A stretch of 64,000 bases of DNA from Squalus acanthias (GCA_030390025.1 CM059432.1:112160001-112224000); one strand, 5' to 3'. Numbered from the stretch's first letter, positions 30,001-39,491 are shown. Notes: generated from the letters alone by a model not told the origin. Numbers and translations are program-made.

Positions 30001-33000
30001 TGGACTAGTAATCCAGACTCCTGGACTAGTAATCCAGAGTCCTGGACTAGTAATCCAGAGTCCTGGACCAGTAATCCAGAGTCCTGGACTAGTAATCCAG
30101 AGTCCTGGACTAATAATCCAGATTCCTGGACCAGTAATCCAGAGTCCTGGACTAGTAATCCAGAGTCCTGGACCAGTAATTCAGAGTCCTGGACTAGTAA
30201 TCCAGAGACCTCGACTAGTAATCCAGAGTCCTGGACTAATAATCCAGAGTCCTGTCCTAGTAATCCAGAGTCCTGAACTAGTAATCCAGAGTCCTGGACT
30301 AGTAATCCAGACACCTGGACTAATAATCCACAGTCCTGGAGTAGTAATCCAGAGTCCTGGACTAGTAATCCAGACTCCTGGACTAATAATCCAGATTCCT
30401 GGACTAGTAATCCAGACTCCTGGACTAATAATCCAGAGTCCTGGACTGGTAATCCAGAGTCCTGTACCAGTAATCCAGAGTCCTGGACTAGTAATCCAGA
30501 CTCCTGGACTAATAATCCAGATTCCTGGACTAATATTCCAGAGTCCTGGACTAATAATCCAGAGTCCTGGACTAATAATCCACAGTCCTGGAGTAGTAAT
30601 CCAGAGTCCTGGACCAGTATTCCAGAGTCCTGGACCAGTAATCCAGTGTCCTGGACCAGTAATCCAGAATCCAAGACTAGTAATCCAGAGTCCTGGACTA
30701 ATAATCCAGAGTCCTGGACTAATAATCCAGAATCCTAGACTAATAATCCAGGGTCCTGAACTAATAATCCAGAATCCTGGACTATTAATCCAGAGTCCTG
30801 GACCAGTAATCCAGAGTCCTGGACCAGTATTCCAGAGTCCTGGACCAGTAATCCAGTGTCCTGGACCAGTAATCCCGTGTCCTGGACTAGTAATCCAGAG
30901 TCCTGGACTAATAATCCAGAGTACTGGACTAGTAATCCAGAGTCCTGGACTAATAATCCGGAGTCCTGGACTAGTAATCCAGAGTCCTGGACTAATAATC
31001 CAGAGTCCTGAACTAGTAATCCAGAGTCCTGGACTGGTAATCCAGACTCCTGGACTAATAATCCAGTATCCTGGACCAGTAATCCCGTGTCCTGGACTAG
31101 TAATCCAGAGTCCTGGACTAATAATCCAGAGTCCTGGACTAGTAATCCAGAGTCCTGGACTAATAATCCAGAGTCCTGAACTAGTAATCCAGAGTCCTGG
31201 ACTAGTAATCCAGACTCCTGGACTAATAATCCAGAGTCCTGGACTAATAATCCAGAGTCCTGAACTAGTAATCCAGAGTCCTGGACTAGTAATCCAGACT
31301 CCTTGACTAATAATCCAGAGTCCTGGACTAATAATCCAGAGTCCTGAACTGGTAATCCAGAGTCCTGGACTAGTAATCCAGACACTTGGACTAATAATCC
31401 AGAGTCCTGGACTAGTAATCCAGAGTCCTGGACTAGTAATCCAGAATCCTGGGCTAATAATCCAGAGTCCTGGACCAGTAATCCAGAGTCCTGGACTAGT
31501 AATCCAGAGTCCTGGACTAATAATCCAGATTCCTGGACCAGTAATCCAGAGTCCTGGACTAGTAATCTAGAGTCCTGGACCAGTAATTCAGAGTCCTGGA
31601 CAAATAATCCAGAGTCCTGGACTAATAATCCAGAGTCCTGGACTAGTAACCCAGAGTCCTGGACTAATAATCCAGAATCCTGGACAAAAATTCCAGAGTC
31701 CTGGACTAATATTCCAGAGGCCTGGACTAATAATCCAGAGTCCTGGACTAATAATCCAGAGTCCTGGACCAGTATTCCAGAGTCCTAGACCAGTAATCCA
31801 GAGTCCTGGACAAATAATCCAGAATCCAAGACTAGTAATCCAGAGTCCTGGACCAGTAATCCAGAATCCTAGACTAGTAATCCAGATTCCTGGACTAATA
31901 ATCCAGATTCCTGGACTAATAATCCAGAGTCCTGGACTAGTAATCCAGACTCCTGGACTAATAATCCAGAGTCCTGGACTAATAATCCAGATACCTGAAC
32001 TAATAATCCAGAGTCCTGGACTAATAATCCAGAATCCTAGACTAATAATCCAGGGTCCTGAACTAATAATCCAGAGTCCTGGACTAATAATCCAGAATCC
32101 TAGACTAGTAATCCAGACTCCTGGACTAATATTCCAGAGTCCTGGACTAGTAATCCAGAGTCCTGGACCAGTAATCCAGAGTCCTGGACCAGTAATCCAG
32201 TGTCCTGGACTAGTAATCCAGAGTCCTGGACTAATAATCCAGAATCCTAGACTAGTAATCCAGAGTCCTGAACTAATATTCCAGAGTCCTGAACTAATAA
32301 TCCAGAGTCCTGGAACTGTATTCCAGAGTCCTGGACCAGTAATCCAGTGTCCTGGACCAGTAATCCAGAGTCCTGGACAAATAATCCAGAATCCAAGACT
32401 AGTAATCCAGAGTCCTGGACCAGTAATCCAGGGTCCTCAACTAATAATCCAGAGTCCTGGACTAATAATCCAGAGTCCTGGACTAATAATCCAGAGTCCT
32501 GGACTAATATTCCAGAGTCCTGGACTAATAATCCAGAGTCCTGGACTAATATTCCAGAGTCCTGGAGTAGTAGTCCAGAGTCCTGGACCAGTAATCCAGA
32601 GTCCTGGACCAGTAATCCAGAGTCCTGGACCAGTAATCCAGTGTCCTGGACTAGTAATCCAGAGTCCTGGACTAATAATCCAGAATCCTAGACTAGTAAT
32701 CCAGAGTCCTGAACTAATATTCCAGAGTCCTGAACTAATAATCCAGAGTCCTGGACCAGTATTCCAGAGTCCTGGACCAGTAATCCAGTGTCCTGGACCA
32801 GTAATCCAGAATCCAAGACTAGTAATCCAGAGTCCTGGACCAGTAATCCAGAATCCTAGACTAGTAATCCAGAGTCCTGAACTAATAATCCAGAGTCCTG
32901 GACTAATAATCCAGAATCCTAGACTAATAATCCAGGGTCCTGAACTAATAATCCAGAATCCTGGACTATTAATCCAGAGTCCTGGACCAGTAATCCAGAG

Positions 33001-33478
33001 TCCTGGACCAGTATTCCAGAGTCCTGGACCAGTAATCCAGTGTCCTGGACCAGTAATCCCGTGTCCTGGACTAGTAATCCAGAGTCCTGGACTAATAATC
33101 CAGAGTACTGGACTAGTAATCCAGAGTCCTGGACTAATAATCCAGAGTCCTGGACTAGTAATCCAGAGTCCTGGACTAATAATCCAGAGTCCTGAACTAG
33201 TAATCCAGAGTCCTGGACTGGTAATCCAGACTCCTGGATTAATAATCCAGTATCCTGGACCAGTAATCCCGTGTCCTGGACTAGTAATCCAGAGTCCTGG
33301 ACTAATAATCCAGAGTCCTGGACTAGTAATCCAGAGTCCTGGACTAGTAATCCAGAATCCTGGGCTAATAATCCAGAGTCCTGGACCAGTAATCCAGAGT
33401 CCTGGACTAGTAATCCAGAGTCCTGGACTAATAATCCAGATTCCTGGACCAGTAATCCAGAGTCCTGGACTAGTAATC
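1..33478. repeat. 21-bp tandem satellite array, consensus CCTGGACTA(G/A)TAATCCAGAGT, ~1,590 monomers, continues off the left edge of the window
   Basis: 21-nt periodicity is directly visible from base 1 to ...TAGTAATC at 33478, after which unique sequence begins (GGTTCGTCAACA). All ORFs called in this interval are heptad translations of the monomer ([21 protein letters not shown]). Confidence 0.99.
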
Positions 33479-35119
33479 GGTTCGTCAACAATCTACGACA
33501 TCAAATCGCAGAAGGATAAGCTGCTCAAGTTTTATTCAAGCTCGGAGACATCTAAGAGTGTAGAGAAACGGCGTACGCTTCATAAGCCTAAGCTTGAAGA
33601 GCTGGATACCGTGCTTTATGAATGGTTTTCTCGTAAGCGTTCAGAGGGTGTTCCAATTTCCGGACCATGTGCTAATCGAGAAAGCGAAGGATTTCTACGA
33701 AAGGATGGAGCTCACTGACAAGTGTGCTTTCTCCGAGGGATGGCTAACGTGCTTCAAGTTACAGCACGGGATACGACGACTCGATATTTCCGGGGAGAAG
33801 AAATCAGCTGATCACGACGCCGCAGAAGAATACTGCGATTATTTCAATCGGATTGTGCAGCAACATGATTTGTCGCCAGCACAGATATATATAATGCCGA
33901 TGAAACTGGCTTGTTTTGGAGGTTTTAGCCAGAATCAACGCTTGCTGGGGCTAGTGAGGCTAATGCTTCAGGTTACAAGAAAAATAAAGATCGTGTAACC
34001 GTGCTAACATGTGCGAACGCTGCTGGATCACACCGGGTTAAACTTCATGTTATTGGGAAGTATAAAAATCCCCGTGCATTTAAAAATGTGAGGCACTTAC
34101 CTGTTGAGTACAAAGCTCAAAAAAATGCTTGGATGGATAAGGAAATCTTCTCCTATTGGTTCCATCATATTTTTGTTCCATCTGTGAGGGAACATTTCCG
34201 TAAAATAGGGAAACCTGAAGATAGCAAATGCATTTTATTGCTTTATAATTGTAGAGCCCATCCGCATGAATCCGAGTTGGTTTCGGGAAATATTTTCACC
34301 ATTTATTTGCCACCAAATGTAACTTCTCTCATACAACCCATGGACCAGGGCGTTATCCAAAATCTGAAGTGTCATTACAAGAAAGACTTCCTACGTAAAC
34401 TGATAAACCAAGATGACAATATTCACGCATTTCAGAAGGAATACAATATTAAAGATGCCATCTATAATGTTGCATGTTCCTGGAACTTGGTGAAAGGTGA
34501 CACTCTGAGGCAAGCCTGGCGCAAATTGTGGCCTTCTGTAATGTTTGCTGAAGGTTCTTCTTCAGAGGAGGAATTTAATGGGTTCAATGTTCGTCCCAAG
34601 AAGAGTACAATAATGGAAATGGCTGGCATGGTGAAAAATGTAGGCCCAGCAAACCCTCTACATCACCTCAGTGAAAGTGATATTGAGCAGTGGGTTGATG
34701 CAGATAGAGAAGTTGCTGTTGTGCATATGCTAAGTGATGATGAAATAATTGAGAGTGTTTTGAATCCAAAGAAAGAAAAGGAAAGTGAGATGGAAAGTGA
34801 AGAGGATGAGATTTCTGAAGAGAACAAGATTTCTTGGGCTAAAGCTGCAGAAGGATTTTCTTCAATCCTCCAATTTGCTGAAAGGCAGCCTTGCTACTCT
34901 GCCCAAGAAGTTATGCAACTCCATATTCTGCATTCCACGTTTCTACAGAAAAGGCAAGAGTCCACTAAGCAAACCGACATCCACAACATGTTTAAGAAAG
35001 CTTCCAAAAGAGTCGAAGCAGCGGAAGTGCCTGAAGAATCTGTGGAATCTGTGGAAATGCATGACCCTGATGACCCAGCTGGCATGGATATTCCTGATGA
35101 ACCAGCTGACTTGGAATAA
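33476..35119 (+). pseudogene. Decayed pogo/Tigger-family (CENP-B/Jerky-like) DDD transposase, 5'-truncated
   Basis: Frame from 33476 reads [19 protein letters not shown]...[34 protein letters not shown] (CENP-B-type HTH region). After a frameshift at ~33668 it reads [12 protein letters not shown]...[15 protein letters not shown]. After an AT-repeat frameshift at ~33890 it reads [11 protein letters not shown] (TAG 33926-33928), then ORF 34001-35119 with LLLYNCRAH (second catalytic D changed to Y) and QPMDQG. There are 32 residues between the second and third catalytic positions. Confidence 0.93.
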
Positions 35120-35422
35120 GTGTACAGTCAACTACAGTACTGTATACAGTCGCTTATAAGTTTTGTTTTACTGTTAAGTAATTAAAGAGTTATGGATTAC
35201 CCTCAATTGGCAGTACTGTACTTAATCAAGCATCTTCCACCATCCATTTAACACAACATTCTGTAGGTGAGTACCCAATTACTGTATACTGCACATTTCT
35301 TGATTTTTTTATTTTTGTTTGTTAAAAATAGCCTCGGTAGATATACCTCTCCGTTATCCGGAATTTTTATTCAACCGGCACCACCCCGGTCCCGTCAGTG
35401 CCGGATACCAAAGAGTTTCCTG
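33479..35422 (+). mobile_element. pogo/Tigger DNA transposon, right part with 3' TIR; left end absent (replaced by satellite)
   Basis: The transposase is followed by a 3' region ending ...GTGCCGGATACCAAAGAGTTTCCTG (35422) and then TA (35423-35424). This is the CAG...CTG|TA terminus typical of pogo/Tigger, and CR1 ORF1 sequence resumes exactly at that TA. Confidence 0.88.
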
Positions 35423-36102
35423 TACCATCCTGGAGTCACGTCTGCGGCTGCAGAAATGCCTGTCTGCTCTCCTAACTATTGAATCCCCTATCACTATTGC
35501 TCTCCCTCTCCTCTTCCCCCCGGCCTGTGCAGCTGAGCCTTCCATGGTGCTGTGGACTTGGCTCTGGCTGCACTCCCCAGAGGAACCATCGCCTTCACCA
35601 GTACTCAGCACCGAATTGGTGAGCAAGCTGGGCTCAGGGGACTCCTGCACTACCTGCCTGCTCCTCTTCTTCTGTCTGACGGTCACCCATTCCCTCTCTG
35701 CCTGCACACTCTTAAGCTGCGGGGTGACCACCTCCCGAAACGTGCTATCCACATTGCTCTCAGCCTCGCGGATACACAGCAGTGACTGCAGCCGCCGCTC
35801 AAGCTCCGTAACCCGGTGCTCGAGTTGCTGTAGCTGGCGACACTTCCTGCACATGTGGTCGTCCAGACCACTGGAGGTGTCCAGGACTTCCCACATGGCA
35901 CAGGATGTGCATTCCACGGGTGTGAGCTGCCCTGCCAAACCTTTAATTAACAGACTATTTACTAACCTAGCTGGAATAAACTTAAAACTTTAAGAAGGTC
36001 AAGTAAAAACACTTACCAGATACTCACCAATCAGCTCCCTCTTTTTGAATGTTTAGTTTTTAATCCCGGCTCTTAATTTAAACCAATGCCCAAGATAAAG
36101 AG

Positions 36103-36333
36103 CGGTCATGATGCGGAGATGCCGGTGTTGGACTGGGGTGGACAAAATTGAGAGGTCGCACAACACCAGGTTATAGTCCAACAGTTTTATTTGAAATCAC
36201 AAGCTTTCGGAGCTATCGATTTGCTCCTTCCTCAGGTGATTCCTTCACCTGAGGAAGGAGCAAATCGATAGCTCCGAAAGCTTGTGATTTCAAATAAAAC
36301 TGTTGGACTATAACCTGGTGTTGTGCGACCTCT
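36103..36333. mobile_element. Penelope-like element terminal fragment arranged as a long inverted repeat, inserted in the CR1 5'UTR
   Basis: Perfect 92-bp arms (36148-36239 and 36245-36336) surround a 5-nt loop TTCCT. The direct repeat CAAGATAAAGAG flanks it at 36091-36102 and 36334-36345. CACCTGAGGAAGGAGC...GCTCCGAAAGCT...AATAAAACTGTTGGACTATAACCTGGTGTTGTG resembles shark Penelope pseudo-LTR ends (from recall). Confidence 0.8.
36245..36287 (+). ncRNA. Minimal type I hammerhead ribozyme motif (mirror copy on the - strand at 36197-36239)
   Basis: TCAC-CTGAGGA-A-GGAGC(AAATCGATA)GCTCC-GAAA-GCTT-GTGA. This gives stem I TCAC/GTGA, a CUGAnGA core, stem II GGAGC/GCTCC, GAAA, a palindromic AAGCTT in place of stem III, and an NUH triplet (CUU). 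It matches the minimal hammerhead layout known from Penelope-like elements. Confidence 0.65.
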
Positions 36334-36397
36334 CAAGATAAAGAGACCAACCAATCACTTCCCTGCTTTCCTGTGACGTCACTCCTTGTTTTTGTTG

Positions 36398-36572
36398 TCA
36401 GGTCCGCTGCCTCCGCTCTTGGGCCTCGCTCTGCCACGCTCTTTATATCCTCAGGCTCCGCTCTCGCTCCCTCTCAGGTCCACTTCCGCCACTCTCGGGC
36501 CTCGCTCTGCCGCGCTCTTTATATCCTCAGGCTCCGCTCTCGCTCCCTCTCAGGTCCGCTGCCTCCGCTCTC
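36398..36572. repeat. 76-bp tandem repeat (~2.3 copies) at the CR1 5' end
   Basis: Units starting TCAGGTCC at 36398, 36474 and 36550; the two full units each contain CGCTCTTTATATCCTCAGGCTCCGCTCTCGCTCCCTC. Confidence 0.9.
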
Positions 36573-36589
36573 TTTGAACTGATTGGAAT

Positions 36590-38097
36590 AATTTCAGGTC
36601 ACTTTGAGTGTGTGCTTGCAAGCTTCTTGCCTCAACTGAAATCTATAACAACGGGATGGGAACCATTTACATCCTCTCATCCTGGTCGCCAGATTCGGAG
36701 GAAGAGCAGCGCGGCTTAGTGCTGCCGGATGAACAAGTGGCTCAGCACACAGCCTCCTTGGAGGAAGAGGATGAGGAGGCGGACGGGGAGTGACGCCTTG
36801 CGGGGCTGGATGTGGCCAATCCAGCAGCAGGCGACCACATTGCTGGCCATCAGGTAAGGGATGCACTCATCCATGCCAGATTCACGTAAGCTTACGCTTC
36901 AACCACAGGTGGCTGGTACATGGAGATGAATATAAGTCTGACATTCTCAAAACCCCAGGCATCATCTGTCCAATAAATGGTGGTTTGCGCTCAGTGTCAC
37001 CACCAACATTCTACATGGAAATCACCCTGAGCCCTCACTCTTGAACTTCAATTTCCCAGAATACAGAGGCCACACATTAGGTAATCTCAGCAGATCATTA
37101 AACCTTTTTCCACACTGAACCCATGTGCGTCTGCATACAGACCTCGAGCTCACCTCAGAATCACAGAATCCCCACAATGCAGATAGAGGCCATTTCGGCC
37201 CATCAAGCCTGCACCGACACATATCCCACCCTATCCCTGTAACCCCACGTATTTAATCCCCCTAACACTAAGGGTCAATTTATCATAGCCAAATCAACCT
37301 AACCCGCACATCTTTGGACTGTGGGAGGAAACCGGAGCACCCAGAGGAAACCCACGCAGACACAGGGAGAATGTGCAAACTCCACACAGACAGTCACCCG
37401 GGGTCGGATTCGAACCCGGGTCCCTGGCACTGTGAGGCAACAGTGCTAACCACTATGCCACCGTGTTGCCCCCTCAGCAATTTGCAGCCAAGCTGCCTTG
37501 GTTTGCTGAGGAGGCGTCCTCCTTCCGTTTCCAGGGAACAGGAGCTCCTGACATCCTCTAACTCCCTCAACAAGAGCATGGAGAGAGCCCCCATTGAACC
37601 TGGGTGCAGCCTTAGTTTTTGGGGCTGCCGTTCCTGCAGCAGCCAGCACCTTTAAGAGAAAAAAGCATTAATATCACTACGCCAATGATTGGAACAAATC
37701 TGGCATCTTTTTCATTTCATAGTCAGATTATAAATTGATATCTAAAAAAATCATTAAAATCTTTCTGGAAAAACATGACCAGCAATTTCATTCATTAAAT
37801 TTTGTTCAGAACAGACGCTGTCAAATCCCCTTTCTATAAATTTCAGCACCAAACCATCACATTGACATTTTTCCCAAAGGGGACATGGCCCTTTTAAATT
37901 TTCTTCCAAACAACGTGTCATCAGACGCGAGAAACTGACAGCCTCCAAGCGATTGCCTGGAGGGACCCGCACGTCGGCCGTAATGAGGCCAATCAACACA
38001 AATTCGTTAGTTCTAGGAGGCAGCTGCCAGGAGCGGGTCGGAAAGCCACCGAGCAGCGGACCCGCACTCAACCGCCTCCATTTATAAAATCTCGGCC
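36590..38097. mobile_element. Internally deleted PIF/Harbinger element remnant (transposase ends on +, Myb/SANT exon 1 on -, right TIR)
   Basis: 36656-36889 (+) reads MGTIYILSSWSPDSEEE...EEEDEE...HIAGHQVRDALIHARFT*, matching the N- and C-termini of the transposase at 59874-61114. The - strand reads APRFNGGSLHALVEGV...TKAAWLQIAE|VSSRSVCRRTWVQCGKRFNDLLR (Myb/SANT-like). The element ends AAAATCTCGGCC at 38097, like the other Harbinger termini here. Confidence 0.8.
37159..37471 (-). mobile_element. HE1-type tRNA-derived V-SINE, full length
   Basis: The - strand reads GGGGCAACACGGTGGCATAGTGGTTAGCACTG...GGTTCGAATCC (A and B boxes), then the V-domain TGTGTGGAGTTTGCACATTCTCCC...GGTTTCCTCCCACAGTCCAAAGA and a CR1-like tail GATTCTGTGATT. 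CCTCAG is duplicated at 37153-37158 and 37472-37477, and the insertion splits the Myb exon. Confidence 0.92.
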
Positions 38098-39140
38098 ATA
38101 GAGTCATAACGACACAGAAGGAGGCCATTCGGCCCATCGAGTCCGTGCTGGCTCTCTGTAGAGCAATCCAGTCAGTCCCATTCCCCGCTCTATCCCCATA
38201 GCCCTGCAAGTTTATTTCCCTCAAGAACCTATCCAGTCTCCCCTTGAAAACATTGAGTGTCTCTGCTTCCACCACTTCCGTTGGCAGCGAGTTCCAGGTC
38301 CTCACTACTCGCTGCGTAAAAAAGTTTTCCTCACATCCCCCCTGTATCTCTTGCCCAAAACCTTAAATCTGTGTCCCCTAGTCCTTGTACCATCAACTAG
38401 TGGGAACAGCCTTTCCCCGTCTAGCCTATCCAAACCTGTCATAATCTTGTACACCTCTATCAAATCACCCCTCAACCTCCTTTGCTTTAATGAAAACAAA
38501 TCCAGCTTCTCCAACCTGTCCTTGTAGATAAGATCCCCCATACCCGGAACCATTCTGGTAAATCTCCTCTGCACCCTCTCAAGTGCCTTCACATCCTTCC
38601 TAAAGCGTGGTGACCAGAACTGGATGCAATACTCCAGTTGTGGCCAAACCAGTGCTTTATAAAGGTTCTGCCAAAATGCATCACCTCACACTTCTCTGCA
38701 TTAAATTCCATCTGCCACTTGTCTGCCCATTCTGCTAGCTTTTCTATGTCCTGTTGCAGTCGATTGGTATCATCCTCACCGTTTGCCACACCCTCAAGTT
38801 TGCTGTCATCGGCAAATTTAGAAATTCTACTCTGTATTCCAATAGCCAGGTCATTTATATATATCAAAAAAAGCAGTGGCCCCAGCACTGACCCTTGGGG
38901 AACACCACTGTCTACCATCCTCCAGTCTGAAAAACAGCCATTTACCACAACTCGCTGTTTTCTGTCCTTAAGCCAATTCCTTATCCAAGCTACCACCGAC
39001 CCACCTATTCCATGAGCCTCAAATTGTTAACCAGCCTTCTATGTGGTACTTAGTCAAACGCCTTCCTAAAATCCATGTAGACAACATCCATTGCATTCCC
39101 TTCATCAATCCTCCCTGTTCCTTCATCAAAAAATTCAATT
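38098..39140 (-). mobile_element. CR1 LINE 3' fragment (RT C-terminal part, internally deleted)
   Basis: ORF pieces include SGVPQGSVLGPLLFLIYINDL, KFADD, ALERVQRRFTRMVPG, RRLRGDLIEVYKI and WNSLP, and there is a CR1 3' tail at 38098. Confidence 0.92.
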
Positions 39141-39355
39141 TATGTACATGGGAAAATGATGCTTAACTACCTTTTAATAAGCTTTTAAATATCTAAATTG
39201 GCTGACCCGCCGCTTGGTGTCGGGTCTGTTCAGGGATGACAGACCCGACACTTGGGAAACTGACAAGGAGGCGGGTTTACAGCGTCAATCAAAGCGACTT
39301 TAACACCTGACCCACCTCCGAACCCGCTCTCCTGAGAGCCGGCAAAATCGCAGCC
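39141..39355. mobile_element. Harbinger-family terminal fragment
   Basis: ACCCGCCGCTTGGTGTCGGGTCTGTT...CCCGACACTTGGGAAA...CCTGACCCACCTCCGAACCC...AAAATCGCAGCC followed by TAT closely parallels 51650-51819, the right end of the Myb-only element. Confidence 0.7.
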
Positions 39356-39491
39356 TATGTTTTTGCCTCTGTTACCTTGCTTGGTAGATTATTCCAAATA
39401 TTTATCACTCTTTGAGTAAAGTATGGTTAAGTACTACACTAGGTGGTGCCTTTACCTACTAATCCATTCAGCCAGAAATTTCTGACAATAT

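Larger units (their letters stand above)
35423..36575 (-). mobile_element. CR1 LINE 5' portion (5'UTR plus ORF1 N-terminal half), cut by the pogo insertion
   Basis: ORF 35938->35423 has CTSC...CRKC zinc finger, a leucine-zipper-like coiled coil (LQQLEHRVTELERRLQSL) and an SGNH/esterase block (IVIGDSIVR), all typical of CR1 ORF1. The start codon is TTG, and the frame runs into the pogo TIR after RMV. Confidence 0.88.

Noticed and set aside
1..33478. CRISPR array or telomeric repeat
   Set aside because: There are no unique spacers and no cas genes, the context is eukaryotic TEs, and the unit is unrelated to TTAGGG.
606..33519. Long heptad-repeat ORFs ([21 protein letters not shown]; up to 1083 aa), superficially like the Pol II CTD, mucins or antifreeze/ice-nucleation proteins
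   Set aside because: A 21-bp unit is stop-free in several frames on both strands automatically. The starts are sporadic variants (mostly GTG/TTG), stops and indels are scattered, and there is no signal peptide, unique domain or synonymous-site bias.
34001..35119. Functional host JRK/TIGD gene
   Set aside because: Two upstream frameshifts, a TAG stop, a missing N-terminus, and a TIR plus TA inserted in a LINE mark it as a dead transposon copy.
35319..35993. 224-aa + strand ORF and similar short ORFs opposite CR1 or Harbinger genes
   Set aside because: These are antisense shadows of TE coding sequence.
37395..37471. tRNA gene (also the heads at 45141 and 57287)
   Set aside because: A/B-box-like heads continue into SINE bodies and LINE-like tails, and I could not build a full cloverleaf.
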